A program made the position numbers and the translations under genes. The notes under the pieces were generated by a model that worked only from the letters and a program-made list of their open reading frames with translations, ran no database searches and was not told the DNA's origin. A stretch of DNA of 64,000 bases from Acidobacteriota bacterium (lineage in GTDB: Bacteria > Acidobacteriota > Terriglobia > Acidiferrales > UBA7541): positions 24,173-88,172 of the forward strand of contig QHZB01000212.1 in NCBI GenBank assembly GCA_003224525.1. Direction: 5' to 3'. The number at the start of each line of letters is the position of its first letter. Within the stretch, counting starts at the first letter, position 1. Below are positions 40,716 through 50,104 of this stretch, in pieces.

Positions 40716-41639
40716 TCACTTCGGGGGATCAATTCCAAAGTCGAACAGTTTTCCCCGGTCACCGCCGGCATAAAAGAAGCAGTATTCTCCCGGTGGTATA
40801 GGCCCTTCGGGAGTGACCCTGTAAACCCCCGGGGCGAGTCTTTCGATTTTCAGTTCGACGGTATCCTTCGATTGTGTGCCAGACGAGCCTCCAAAAAGAT
40901 TGGCCTCGCCAACGACGAGTTCGCGCTCATTTTTCTTTGCCGAGAGTTTGGCCAGCACGAATTCGTTAGGGCTGGACGCACCGGCCCAAAACCAGACATT
41001 GCTCAGGCTATGTGATTTCTCTTCGAAGTAAAACCAGAACTCGGGATTGTCTTCAACCATTCGCAAACTCGCGCGGCCACCTCGAACGACGGCTTTCATC
41101 TTGACTTTCGCAATGCCAGAGGTCATGGCAGCGGCAAATACTCCGGCTGATTTTGCTCCCGAATAGACGGTGGGCTCGAGTGCCACCATCTCTTTGGCCG
41201 TGTTCTCCTTGGAGAGCCAGTAGACGCCTGCATCGTGAGGAGAGCGAGGATCATTCGGATCGGGCGGAGGCGAGTTCTTGGCTGCGTCAGCAGCAGTGTT
41301 GCTGGCGGCACCGGCTTCCACCATGGCCTGGATCACGGCATCACTGACACCCGCCGCCTTCAGCTTCATGATGTCGCCAATGGCGGTCTGAAAGCTGCAG
41401 TTCGACGTCTTGATCTTGCTGCTGATCAGCCCATCACCCAGCTTCAATTCAACCATTTTGGCAATCATCTCGTTCGTCAGAACTTCAACTGGAGCAGTTT
41501 GCGCGGGCGGGGTTTGGGCAGACGCTATTTGCGCCAGTCCGGCCAATCCTGATGTCATCGCGCAGCACACGATGCACGCGAATGCAAAGAGATGGAAACC
41601 AGCGGCTCCAGGAAAAAGCAAAGAGATAGTTGATCTCAT
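40716..41639 (-). CDS. Secreted hypothetical protein
   Basis: GGAGG RBS, signal-like N-terminus, helical LTNEMIAKMV..LKAAGVSDAVIQAM module, beta-rich C-terminus with PPGEYCF. Confidence 0.8.
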   Translation of the reverse strand: MRSTISLLFPGAAGFHLFAFACIVCCAMTSGLAGLAQIASAQTPPAQTAPVEVLTNEMIAKMVELKLGDGLISSKIKTSNCSFQTAIGDIMKLKAAGVSDAVIQAMVEAGAASNTAADAAKNSPPPDPNDPRSPHDAGVYWLSKENTAKEMVALEPTVYSGAKSAGVFAAAMTSGIAKVKMKAVVRGGRASLRMVEDNPEFWFYFEEKSHSLSNVWFWAGASSPNEFVLAKLSAKKNERELVVGEANLFGGSSGTQSKDTVELKIERLAPGVYRVTPEGPIPPGEYCFFYAGGDRGKLFDFGIDPPK

Positions 41640-41746
41640 CGGATCCTCCCGAGTCTTACTTCACGCGAGAAGCAGTGGGTTGAGAAAAGTAGTCGTCTAC
41701 CCTTGTGGTGAATGTCAATGGAAGACACCCCCTTGTCCGCGGAAAG

Positions 41747-41766
41747 GGTATTCCGATCGGAATACC
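41747..41766. promoter_or_regulatory. Perfect 20-bp palindrome
   Basis: GGTATTCCGATCGGAATACC equals its reverse complement; a minus-strand TTGACA lies at 41713-41718. Confidence 0.55.
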
Positions 41767-41819
41767 TCGACATGCATTGGACGGCACGAAGAGGGTTTCG
41801 GTTTCCTCTTGCGCCTAGG

Positions 41820-42485
41820 TCAGCGGCGATCGACGGTGGGATGGCGGATGTCCTGGCCCTGGACGAGGTAGATGACGTCTTCGGCGATGTTGGTGGCGTG
41901 GTCGCCGATGCGCTCGAGGTTCTTGGCGACGAGGATCAATTCGAACGCGGGAAAGACCACGCTGGAATCGCCCATCATGTAGGTGAGCAATTCACGGAAA
42001 ATCTGATCGCGGTAGTTGTCCACCCGATCGTCGGTGGCGAGGACGGTCTGCGCGAGTTCGACGTCGCGGCGGACGACGGCGTTGAGGGCGTTGCGAACCA
42101 TCTCCTCGGTGAGCTCGCTCATGCGCGGCAGATCGACGTAGGGCTTTACGCGCGGGTGGCGAAGGATGCGCAGAGCTCCCTGCGCGATGTTGACGGCCTG
42201 ATCGCCGATGCGCTCGAGATCGTTGTTGATGCGCGAGACCGCCAGGACGAAGCGGAGATCGATGGCCATGAGCTGGTGAAGCGCGAGAAGCTGAACGACG
42301 CGGTCGTCGATTTCCATCTGGAGCTCGTTGATGGCGTCTTCTTCCTCGAGGACGCGGTTGGCGAGCTGTTCGTCGGATTCCAGAACGGCGTGAACGGACT
42401 GGTGGACGGAGCGTTCCGCGAGGCTGCCCATCCAAAGCAGGCGCTCTTTCATCTCGTTCAGATCTTTTTCGAAATGGCGTTCCAT
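41820..42485 (-). CDS. phoU: Phosphate signalling protein PhoU
   Basis: INELQMEIDD, DLERIGDQAVNIA, NLERIGDHATNIAEDVIY. Confidence 0.96.
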   Translation of the reverse strand: MERHFEKDLNEMKERLLWMGSLAERSVHQSVHAVLESDEQLANRVLEEEDAINELQMEIDDRVVQLLALHQLMAIDLRFVLAVSRINNDLERIGDQAVNIAQGALRILRHPRVKPYVDLPRMSELTEEMVRNALNAVVRRDVELAQTVLATDDRVDNYRDQIFRELLTYMMGDSSVVFPAFELILVAKNLERIGDHATNIAEDVIYLVQGQDIRHPTVDRR

Positions 42486-42528
42486 GAACCCCTTCCCCTC
42501 ACGACTAACTTACAGCAAAACGAAGAGA

Positions 42529-42555
42529 GATTTCGCGCTTCGCTGGAAATGACGG
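42529..42555. repeat. REP-like hairpin, copy 2
   Basis: GATTTCGCGCTTCGCTGGAAATGACGG between pstB and phoU. Confidence 0.7.
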
Positions 42556-42568
42556 AGCAATACCGGCA

Positions 42569-43396
42569 TCAGCCGAAGCGGCCGGTGATGTAGGCCTCCG
42601 TGCGCGGATCACCGGGGGTGGTGAAGAGCTGCGGCGTGGGGCTGAACTCGATGAGCTGACCCGTGAGCAGGAAGGCGGTGAAGTCGCTGATGCGCGCGGC
42701 CTGCTGCATGTTGTGGGTAACGGTGACGATGGTGCAGAAATCCTTCAACTGCACGAGCAGCTCTTCGATTTTCGCGGTGCTGATGGGGTCGAGGGCCGAA
42801 CAGGGCTCGTCGAGAAGGAGCACTTCGGGCTCGACGGCGAGGGCCCGGGCAATGCACAAGCGCTGCTGCTGGCCGCCGGAAAGTTCGTAGGCGGACTTGT
42901 GGAGGTGGTCTTTCACTTCGTCCCAGAGCGCAGCGTGGCGCAGGCTTTTTTCGACGGCTTCGGAGATGGGGGCCTGGGAGCCGTTGATCCGCAGACCATA
43001 GGCAACGTTGTCGAAAATCGACTTGGGGAAAGGATTGGGGCGCTGGAAAACCATGCCGACGCGGCGGCGATACGAAGTAACGTCCTGCGTAAGGATGTTC
43101 TGGCCATCCAGAAGAATTTCGCCTTCCAAGCGGGCGCCGCGCACGATCTCGTACATGCGATTCAGGGTGCGAAGCAGAGTGGACTTGCCACAGCCGGAGG
43201 GACCAATGAGAGAGGTGACCTTGTTGGTGGCGATGCCCATGCTGACATCGAAGAGAGTCTGCTTGCTGCCATAAAAGAAATTGACCTTGGAAATGGTCAT
43301 GCGCATGGACAGGGCCGCGGACGTCTCTCGCGCCGCGGGACTGGTCGCGATGGGAGGTATGTTCACGGACAAAACTGGCCTCACAGAAGCGTGCAT
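42569..43396 (-). CDS. pstB: Phosphate ABC transporter ATPase
   Basis: [48 protein letters not shown]. Confidence 0.97.
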   Translation of the reverse strand: MHASVRPVLSVNIPPIATSPAARETSAALSMRMTISKVNFFYGSKQTLFDVSMGIATNKVTSLIGPSGCGKSTLLRTLNRMYEIVRGARLEGEILLDGQNILTQDVTSYRRRVGMVFQRPNPFPKSIFDNVAYGLRINGSQAPISEAVEKSLRHAALWDEVKDHLHKSAYELSGGQQQRLCIARALAVEPEVLLLDEPCSALDPISTAKIEELLVQLKDFCTIVTVTHNMQQAARISDFTAFLLTGQLIEFSPTPQLFTTPGDPRTEAYITGRFG

Positions 43397-43399
43397 AGG

Positions 43400-44251
43400 T
43401 TAAGACCTCGGAACCGCAATGCCCCGGGAAAGAATCGCCCGGGCGACGATGTTAATGACAAGAATCAAAACGAGCAAGACCAGCCCCGCAGCCCAAGCCT
43501 GACGATGCCAATCATCGTACGGGGCAAGGGCATAAGTAAAGATCATCACCGGCAGGGAAGCCGAGGGATGAGTCCAGCCAGGGCTCCAGAATTGATTGCC
43601 AAGAGCGGTGAACAGGAGCGGGGCAGTTTCACCGGCGACGCGGGCGAAGGCCAGCAGAACGGCAGTCAGGATGCCACGATAAGCGGCAGGCACGATGACG
43701 GTGGCAATGGTCTTCCATTTGCTGGCGCCCAGGGCCATGGCGGCTTCGCGCAAAGGGTTCGGCACGGCGCGCAGAAATTCTTCGGTGCTGCGAAGGGTGA
43801 TGGGGATCATCATCAGTCCAAGAGCGAAACCGCCGGCGAGTGTGGAGTATTGCTTGAAAGGGTGAACCACCAGGCTATAAGCAAAAATGCCGATGACGAT
43901 GGAGGGCACGCCGTTGAGCAAGTCAGCAGCATAACGGACGATGAAAGCGGTGGTGCCGCCGCTGAATTCGGCGAGATAGATGGCCCCAAAAAATCCGATG
44001 GGAACACCAAAGATGGTAGCAAGCAGAAGCATCTTGGCGCTGCCGAGAATGGCGTTGGCCAAGCCGCCGCCGGTTTCACCGACGGGAACGGGCAATTTGG
44101 TGAAGAAATTCCAGTTGATGGAAGCTCCGCCATGAACCGCGAGATATCCAAGAATGAGGAAAAGAACGGAAACGGCGACCAGCGCACACACGCCGGTCAT
44201 GGTCAGCATGAAGCCGCTCACAAATTTGCGCCAGCGAAGACGCGGGCTCAT
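43400..44251 (-). CDS. pstA: Phosphate ABC transporter permease
   Basis: NGVPSIVIG, ARVAGETAPLL, AWAAGLVL. Confidence 0.96.
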   Translation of the reverse strand: MSPRLRWRKFVSGFMLTMTGVCALVAVSVLFLILGYLAVHGGASINWNFFTKLPVPVGETGGGLANAILGSAKMLLLATIFGVPIGFFGAIYLAEFSGGTTAFIVRYAADLLNGVPSIVIGIFAYSLVVHPFKQYSTLAGGFALGLMMIPITLRSTEEFLRAVPNPLREAAMALGASKWKTIATVIVPAAYRGILTAVLLAFARVAGETAPLLFTALGNQFWSPGWTHPSASLPVMIFTYALAPYDDWHRQAWAAGLVLLVLILVINIVARAILSRGIAVPRS

Positions 44252-45237
44252 GCCTGGCCCCGTCCGCTGCCGCGCTGGGAAGTGGCCACGATCAGCAAGC
44301 GCGCAAAGCCGTTGAGGACGAAGGTAAGAATGAAGAGCACCAGGCCAAGCTCGATCAAGGATTCGGTATGGAGATCGCCGGTGGCTTCGGTGAATTCATT
44401 GGCGATGACGGCGGCAATGGAATAGCCAGGAGAAAAGAGCGAAGCGCTGATGACCGGGGTATTGCCGATAACCATGGTGACGGCCATAGTTTCGCCGAGG
44501 GCCCGAGCAAGGGCCAGGAAAATTGAGCCAAAAATGCCCGCGCGGGCAAAGGGAACGACCACTTTCCATGTGGATTCCCAGCGCGTAGCCCCAAGAGAGA
44601 GAGCGGCTTCACGCTGGTCGCGCGGGACGGAGAGGAGGACTTCGCGGGACACGGAAATGATATAGGGAATGACCATGATGGCGAGGACGATGCCCGCGGT
44701 CAGAAAGCCGACGCCGTAAGCGGGGCCTTGAAATAGGGGAAGGAAGCCGAGGGAATGTTTGAGAGCCGGCTGAACGTATTGACGCATCAAGGGAACGACA
44801 ATGAAGATGCCTAGGACGCCGTAGATGACGCTGGGGACGGCAGCGAGAAGATCGATGAAGAATTCGAGCGTGTCGGAAACTCTTGCGGGGGCCAGCTCGG
44901 CAAGAAAAATGGCGGCGCCGATGCCGAGGGGCACGGCGATCAACAGAGATACCGCCGCGGTGACGAGCGTGCCATAAATGAAGGGCAGAGCGCCGAACTG
45001 CTCGAAGATGGGGTCCCAGACGGAGGTGCGAAAAAAATTGAAGCCGAACTTATGCCGCGGGAGAACCGAGCCTTGCCACAATTCGAAAACGAGGAGGAGA
45101 GTGACGAGCACAACGGAAGCGGCGAATAAGAAAGTAATCATGCGGGCGATTTCATCGCCTTGGCGGAGCCGAGAAAGAAACGAGCGCGAGCCCGCGACGG
45201 GGCCCGCGCTCGGAACGGTGTTAGTCGTTGTTGCCAC
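44248..45237 (-). CDS. pstC: Phosphate ABC transporter permease
   Basis: FGALPFIYGT, AAVPSVIYG, RALGETMAVTMVIGN, IANEF. Confidence 0.96.
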   Translation of the reverse strand: MATTTNTVPSAGPVAGSRSFLSRLRQGDEIARMITFLFAASVVLVTLLLVFELWQGSVLPRHKFGFNFFRTSVWDPIFEQFGALPFIYGTLVTAAVSLLIAVPLGIGAAIFLAELAPARVSDTLEFFIDLLAAVPSVIYGVLGIFIVVPLMRQYVQPALKHSLGFLPLFQGPAYGVGFLTAGIVLAIMVIPYIISVSREVLLSVPRDQREAALSLGATRWESTWKVVVPFARAGIFGSIFLALARALGETMAVTMVIGNTPVISASLFSPGYSIAAVIANEFTEATGDLHTESLIELGLVLFILTFVLNGFARLLIVATSQRGSGRGQA

Positions 45238-45238
45238 G

Positions 45239-46267
45239 TTACTGGACGTCGTTCAGGGCCTTCAGTTCCTTTGCGACGACTTCTTTCGGAAGCTTGGCAT
45301 AGGATAGGGCCTCCGTGTAGTTCTGTCCTTCCGCGAGCATCCACTTAACGAAGCCCTTGATGGCCTCGCGCTTGGTGGCATCGGAGAAATTAGCGGGAAC
45401 GAGCAGCCAAGTAAAGCTGGAGATAGGGTAGGCCGTCTTGCCGGGAGCGTCCGTAATGGAAACGCGGAAATCGTCCGGCATGTCCTTTGCTGCGCCAGCC
45501 GCCGCGGCAGTGACGCTCACAAGGTCTGCCTTGATGAAAGCACCCGAGGAATTTCTCACCCGACCATAAGGCATGCTGTTCTGGATCGCGTAGATCAATT
45601 CGACATAGCCAAAGGAATTGGGGGTGTTCTTGATCGTGCCGGCAAGGCTCTCATTGCCCTTGGCGCCTAGACCCACGGGCCAATTGACCGACGCACCCTT
45701 GCCAACTTTGGTTTTCCACTCCTGGCTGACCTTTGAAAGATAGTCGGTCCAGATGTATGTTGTGCCACTGCCTTCCGATCGGTGCACCACGACGATATCG
45801 TTCGCGGGAAGGCTCACGCCTTTGTTGGCAGCTGCAATCGCGGGATCGTTCCATTTTGTAATCTTGCCCAAGAAAATACCCGAGATTGCTTCTTGCGTGA
45901 AATTGAGTTCGGCAGAAACGCCGGGAAGGTTATAGGACGGTACGTCAGCGCCCAGAACGGTGGGAAAGTGCAGGATTCTGAATCCGTGCTTATCCTGGAA
46001 AGCCTTGAGCTGCTCGTCGTTCATGGGGCCATCGGTGGCGCCGAAATCCACGGTGCCTTCGGTGACCTGTTTGATGCCGCCGCCGGAGCCGATGGATTGA
46101 TAGTTGATCTCAAGATTGGCGTTCTTTTTGTGGTATTCGTCAAACCACTTGGAATACATGGGGTAGGGAAATGTGGCGCCCGCGCCGGTAATCGAGAGCG
46201 CGCTGTCGGCCCGCAGAACACCAGCGACGGCGAGAACTACCAAGAGCAATCCCGTAATTCGCTTCAT
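45239..46267 (-). CDS. pstS: Phosphate ABC transporter substrate-binding protein
   Basis: GAGATFPYP, YQSIGSGGG, VDFGATD, HRSEGSGTT, YPISSFTWLL. Confidence 0.96.
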   Translation of the reverse strand: MKRITGLLLVVLAVAGVLRADSALSITGAGATFPYPMYSKWFDEYHKKNANLEINYQSIGSGGGIKQVTEGTVDFGATDGPMNDEQLKAFQDKHGFRILHFPTVLGADVPSYNLPGVSAELNFTQEAISGIFLGKITKWNDPAIAAANKGVSLPANDIVVVHRSEGSGTTYIWTDYLSKVSQEWKTKVGKGASVNWPVGLGAKGNESLAGTIKNTPNSFGYVELIYAIQNSMPYGRVRNSSGAFIKADLVSVTAAAAGAAKDMPDDFRVSITDAPGKTAYPISSFTWLLVPANFSDATKREAIKGFVKWMLAEGQNYTEALSYAKLPKEVVAKELKALNDVQ

Positions 46268-46331
46268 GCTTTATCTCCGTCTGAAACAACCGTCTTTAGT
46301 CTTTTTCCGGGAGTGGGAAGTATGTCCCGCG

Positions 46332-46352
46332 ATTGTTACGGCATTGTTACAA
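46332..46352 (-). promoter_or_regulatory. Pho-box-like direct repeat upstream of pstS
   Basis: ATTGTTAC at 46332 and 46343, 11-bp period. Confidence 0.7.
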
Positions 46353-46455
46353 CTGATTTACTGTTGCTTGAATCGTGAGACCCCTAAGTTCAACACCAGG
46401 ACCTACAGTAAGGCTCTTCGGATGAGGGATTTAGCGCGGTCGGACAGGCGGAGCA

Positions 46456-46491
46456 AATAAAAAGGGCAGCGCAGTTGAGGAGCCGCCCTTT
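46456..46491 (-). terminator. Intrinsic terminator after the porin gene
   Basis: Minus strand AAAGGGCGGC..GCTGCCCTTT followed by TTATTT. Confidence 0.7.
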
Positions 46492-46536
46492 CCCGTCCCC
46501 AGCGGAGGGACGGACCGCACACGTGCCTGGCCTGGA

Positions 46537-48543
46537 CTACGGCAGGTAATAGCGGAAAGAGGTGAAAACCATGTTGTCGACGGCTTTGGGTGAAAGACCG
46601 GCACTCCCTGCCGTTAGACCACCACTTCCGGACCAGCCGGTCCTGGTCAAGTAGGAATAGGTCATGCCCCAGCGGAAGCCACCCTTGGGTCCCTGGTAAA
46701 GCTTGTGCCAGAAGCCGAGTGTGCCTTCGATGACGATGCGTGCATCGCCGGCGCAAGTGCCGCCAGCGTTAGGGGCGAGTTGGGTCGCAGGCGGATTCTC
46801 CGTACTGCAACCGGAGTTGTTGGCGGAAGGGTTGCCATAACCGCCAATTCCAGTACTAGAGCGTGTTACGGTCGTCCCTGCGCCCGTCGTGACAACCTTC
46901 ACGCTGTTGTAATTGTTGTATACCGCCCGGGCCGCGTATTCAGCCCCACCGTAGGCATAAATATCCAATTTCGGGTTGGGGTGGAACTCGAGAATGCCGA
47001 GCCCGTGCCCGGTGCGAATTGGAGCGACGGTGCCGTCGGGGCGTGCCGTCGCATCGGCGAGCTGCGAAGAACCAAAGCGGCCGATGCCGTCGCCGTAGAC
47101 GCCCTTGACACCAAAGTCCAGCTTCTTTGCGAAGAGCGGGACGCGGAAGCTTGCGCCGCCACCGCCGCCGGTCCTGGAGTCATTGAAAGCACCGGCCGCA
47201 GTAGGAGCTACCGTCCCCGCTGGAGCTGCTCCGCAACCGATTTGCGGGCCGGTATAGGTTGTCGTGCCAATAACCGTCCCGGGCGCGACATCGCTAACCA
47301 CCGCGCAAGGATAGATGCGCGCGCGGAGCTGGCTAACGATGCCGAATACTTCATAGTGCCCCCAGCCAGGGTCCAGGGCGGCCTTGACGACGACGTCGGG
47401 GGCTCTATTCTGTGCATATCCGGTGGTGTCGAAAGCATTATTGAGTCCGCCGCCGTTTCCGGGAGCTGCGTACCAAAAATTCTGTGAGGTGGCTCCAGCT
47501 GCGGGAGTGAAGGCAGAGAAGCCGCGACCGCCGAGCGTTGTTTGCGGACCTTCGATGGAGAAGCCGAGAGTAAGTTTATTGTCGAGAAGACTCTGGGTTG
47601 CGCGGAGCCCATAGGCACGCTGCCAAGTGAAGCCAGCCACATACTGCGGGTCGATCATCATAGGCAACGCTTCCCCGCGGTTTTGAATGCCTTTCCTATT
47701 TTCCGTGGCAAGACTCCACATCTGGCCACCGGTGATGGAAAAACCGCCGTCGAAAGCAGCTTGCGCCCAGAGTTGGCGCTGCCGGAAAACGTAGCTGTTG
47801 CTCTGACGATTGTTGGAGGTGGTGCCGGCGCCGAGGAAGTCCATTTCGAAGTAGCCGGTGAGCTTGGCGGTTCCAACCTTCGACTCGGCCAACATGGTGG
47901 CGCGGGTCTGGCGAGCAGAGAAAACATTTTCGGATACTTTGCTGAGCGCGTTGCCGGGGAAGGGGATTCCATTGAGTTGGGTGTTGATGTCGGCACTCTC
48001 GGCGCGCTGGCGATAAACCGTTTCCGCTGCGATGAAGCCGCCGGGTGTGAGGCTAACATCTTTGTACTTGATCGCGGACGGGCCGTCTTCCGTTGCTTTC
48101 TTGGCGTCGGCTTGTTCGGTGGCCACGGTGGTCTTTAGGACTTCGTTGCTGGCTTTCAAGGCGCTGACGGTGGAATTGAGCGAAACCGCGGTGGACTTCA
48201 CTTCGGCGGTGGTGTTCACGGCTTCGGTGGCTTTGCTGCTGGCTTCGGCAGCACGAGCGCTGGCGGCCGCTGCTGCTTCGTGCGCTTCGTCGATCTGGCG
48301 GTCGCGCTTGGCGAGCTCTTCCTTGAGCATCTGAAGCTGCTCCTGCTGCGACTGCAGAGCCTGGCGAAGCTCTTCAAGCCGGGCCGCGATGGCTGCATCG
48401 GACTTCTCAGCTTTCTTGGCCGCTTTAGGTTTGGCCGGCTGAGCCGCTTTGGCAGGTTGCGGATCGGCGTTCTTCGGCGTATCAGCAAAAGCAGTTCCTG
48501 TAACAAGGAATATCGATAGTGTGAGTGCTGCTAGTTTTTTCAT
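46537..48543 (-). CDS. Outer-membrane porin-like protein with N-terminal coiled coil
   Basis: Signal peptide MKKLAAL (48543), coiled coil, alternating beta strands, aromatic C-terminus FTSFRYYLP. Confidence 0.82.
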   Translation of the reverse strand: MKKLAALTLSIFLVTGTAFADTPKNADPQPAKAAQPAKPKAAKKAEKSDAAIAARLEELRQALQSQQEQLQMLKEELAKRDRQIDEAHEAAAAASARAAEASSKATEAVNTTAEVKSTAVSLNSTVSALKASNEVLKTTVATEQADAKKATEDGPSAIKYKDVSLTPGGFIAAETVYRQRAESADINTQLNGIPFPGNALSKVSENVFSARQTRATMLAESKVGTAKLTGYFEMDFLGAGTTSNNRQSNSYVFRQRQLWAQAAFDGGFSITGGQMWSLATENRKGIQNRGEALPMMIDPQYVAGFTWQRAYGLRATQSLLDNKLTLGFSIEGPQTTLGGRGFSAFTPAAGATSQNFWYAAPGNGGGLNNAFDTTGYAQNRAPDVVVKAALDPGWGHYEVFGIVSQLRARIYPCAVVSDVAPGTVIGTTTYTGPQIGCGAAPAGTVAPTAAGAFNDSRTGGGGGASFRVPLFAKKLDFGVKGVYGDGIGRFGSSQLADATARPDGTVAPIRTGHGLGILEFHPNPKLDIYAYGGAEYAARAVYNNYNSVKVVTTGAGTTVTRSSTGIGGYGNPSANNSGCSTENPPATQLAPNAGGTCAGDARIVIEGTLGFWHKLYQGPKGGFRWGMTYSYLTRTGWSGSGGLTAGSAGLSPKAVDNMVFTSFRYYLP

Positions 48544-48622
48544 TTCCTCTCTCTTTGGAGCAAAATTCGACCTGGTACCGAAAAGAATGCGTACCACCCT
48601 GCGGCAGAAGGTAAAGGCTCGG

Positions 48623-48662
48623 TCTTACAACCACGTCAACTGAATGTGAATATCCTGTAACA
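48623..48662 (-). promoter_or_regulatory. Pho-box-like array upstream of the porin
   Basis: Minus strand TGTTACA-N4-ATTCACA-N4-GTTGACG-N4-TGTAAGA, 11-bp period. Confidence 0.6.
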
Positions 48663-48861
48663 ATGCATGGGAATCCATGGGAAAGCATTGACGTATCAGA
48701 GGTTACGGATTTCTCGGTAAATTAACGACAACATGTAAAGACCGCGCCGAGCCGAAAAAGCGGCGTCCGGCGAGTGTCTCGCCCGTTGGCGTGTAGTAAG
48801 AAAAAGCGAGTCATCCGAAAGCTCCGAAGGGCGGTTGCCCCTCGGCACCGCGAGGAGCAAC

Positions 48862-48993
48862 CTAGTTCGGTGACGAAATCGTATAAGCGAGGACGATTTG
48901 GGTCAAGCGATATTGGTATTTGGCATCGGTGTCGGCGATGTCGGCTTCGGTTTTTCCGAGTTCGGCCTCGCTGAATTCGACGATGGAGCCGAG
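48862..48993 (-). pseudogene. C-terminal remnant of a TolC-family outer membrane efflux protein
   Basis: LGSIVEFSEAELGKTEADIADTDAKYQYRLTQIVLAYTISSPN*; no start codon, upstream in-frame TAA. Confidence 0.6.
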
Positions 48994-49088
48994 AGATCCA
49001 TCTGGACTCTCTTACGACGATAGTAGGACTGCTCGGCTGGGTCAAGGGGATGCCTGAAGCGAGTTGCAGAATTCCATGAGGGGGAGAT

Positions 49089-49119
49089 GGGGACCGGAGC
49101 CAGGGGTGCACCGGTCCCC
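49089..49119 (-). terminator. Hairpin after phoU2
   Basis: GGGGACCGG / CCGGTCCCC 9-bp stem, 13-nt loop, no U tract. Confidence 0.45.
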
Positions 49120-49141
49120 GAGGTGGGATTTTACGTGAAGA

Positions 49142-49945
49142 TCAAGCGCGCTCAGTTTCGCAGTCCGGAGTCAGGCCTGAATGAAGGACGTGTGAATTCT
49201 CGGTGATGGCTGAATCCCCGGCAAAAGCCGGATCGGCCTGGCCGGCCTGCTCGGGACGGACAGTCAGGCCGCGGCCGTGGCGGACGTCGAGACCACGGAC
49301 CCAGAAAATAATGTCCTCGGCAATGTTGGTGGCGTGGTCGGCGATGCGTTCGAGGTGGCGCGTGGCAAGAATGAATTGCAGGCCCGGGCTTACAAGCGTG
49401 GGCTCTTCGGTCATGTGCTGGAGGAGCTGCTCGAAAATGCGATCGTGATATCGATCGACGACATCGTCACTTTCGAGAATCTGCGTGGCCATCTCGACGT
49501 TGCGGAAAATGAGCGCGCCGAGACTCTTGGTGACCATGGCGCGCACGGCGGAGGCCATCGCAGCCAGCTCTTCGGGAACCTGCGCGTCTTGCATTTCGCG
49601 GAGGGAGACCACACGCTCGGCGAGATTCACGGCGAGATCGCCGATGCGCTCGAGGTCGTTGGTGATTTTCAGGGCGGCGACGATGAGGCGCATCTCATCG
49701 TCGGTGAACGAACCTCGGCGGAGCAGGCGGATGGCATGTTCATCGATGACAATTTCCATTTCGTTGATGCGGGGCTCGAGGAGAAACACTTCGCTGGGCA
49801 GCGCCGAGGTGCGAGGATTTTCCAGGCTAACGATGCAGTCGAGCGCGCGGTTCATGACGCCTTCGACCGTGCGCGCCATGGAGACCAGATAGTTCACGAG
49901 CGTATCGTAGAGCACGACTTCGGTGAGTCGGGCGATTGCGGCCAT
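49142..49945 (-). CDS. phoU: Second PhoU paralogue
   Basis: INEMEIVIDE, NDLERIGDLAVNLAE, HLERIADHATNIAEDIIFW. Confidence 0.9.
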   Translation of the reverse strand: MAAIARLTEVVLYDTLVNYLVSMARTVEGVMNRALDCIVSLENPRTSALPSEVFLLEPRINEMEIVIDEHAIRLLRRGSFTDDEMRLIVAALKITNDLERIGDLAVNLAERVVSLREMQDAQVPEELAAMASAVRAMVTKSLGALIFRNVEMATQILESDDVVDRYHDRIFEQLLQHMTEEPTLVSPGLQFILATRHLERIADHATNIAEDIIFWVRGLDVRHGRGLTVRPEQAGQADPAFAGDSAITENSHVLHSGLTPDCETERA

Positions 49946-50014
49946 GGGTCGCCTTTCCTAGCGGAGGGCGGGAAGTCGCACTCTCGCTGGTAAGCAAAAT
50001 TCTGGGCTGGAAAT

Positions 50015-50043
50015 GGTTACAGTTTGTTCACAAGAATGTGAAA
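50015..50043. promoter_or_regulatory. Pho-box-like site between phoR and phoU2
   Basis: GGTTACA (50015), GTTCACA (50026), TGTGAAA (50037), 11-bp steps. Confidence 0.5.
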
Positions 50044-50104
50044 ATGCGGGAAAAAACCAGAGTTAGGGGTGGGACCGACTTCCGCCGGAGCCGCGCCGTT
50101 GGGG

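Noticed and set aside
40670-41865. phoU-tail repeat as a CRISPR array or integron cassette
   Set aside because: Only two copies, 1150 bp apart, coding in origin; no cas or intI gene and no attC RYYYAAC/GTTRRRY pair recognised.
48722-49111. 129-aa minus-strand ORF between phoU2 and the porin
   Set aside because: Arg/Pro-rich low-complexity translation; a different frame carries the recognisable TolC tail.
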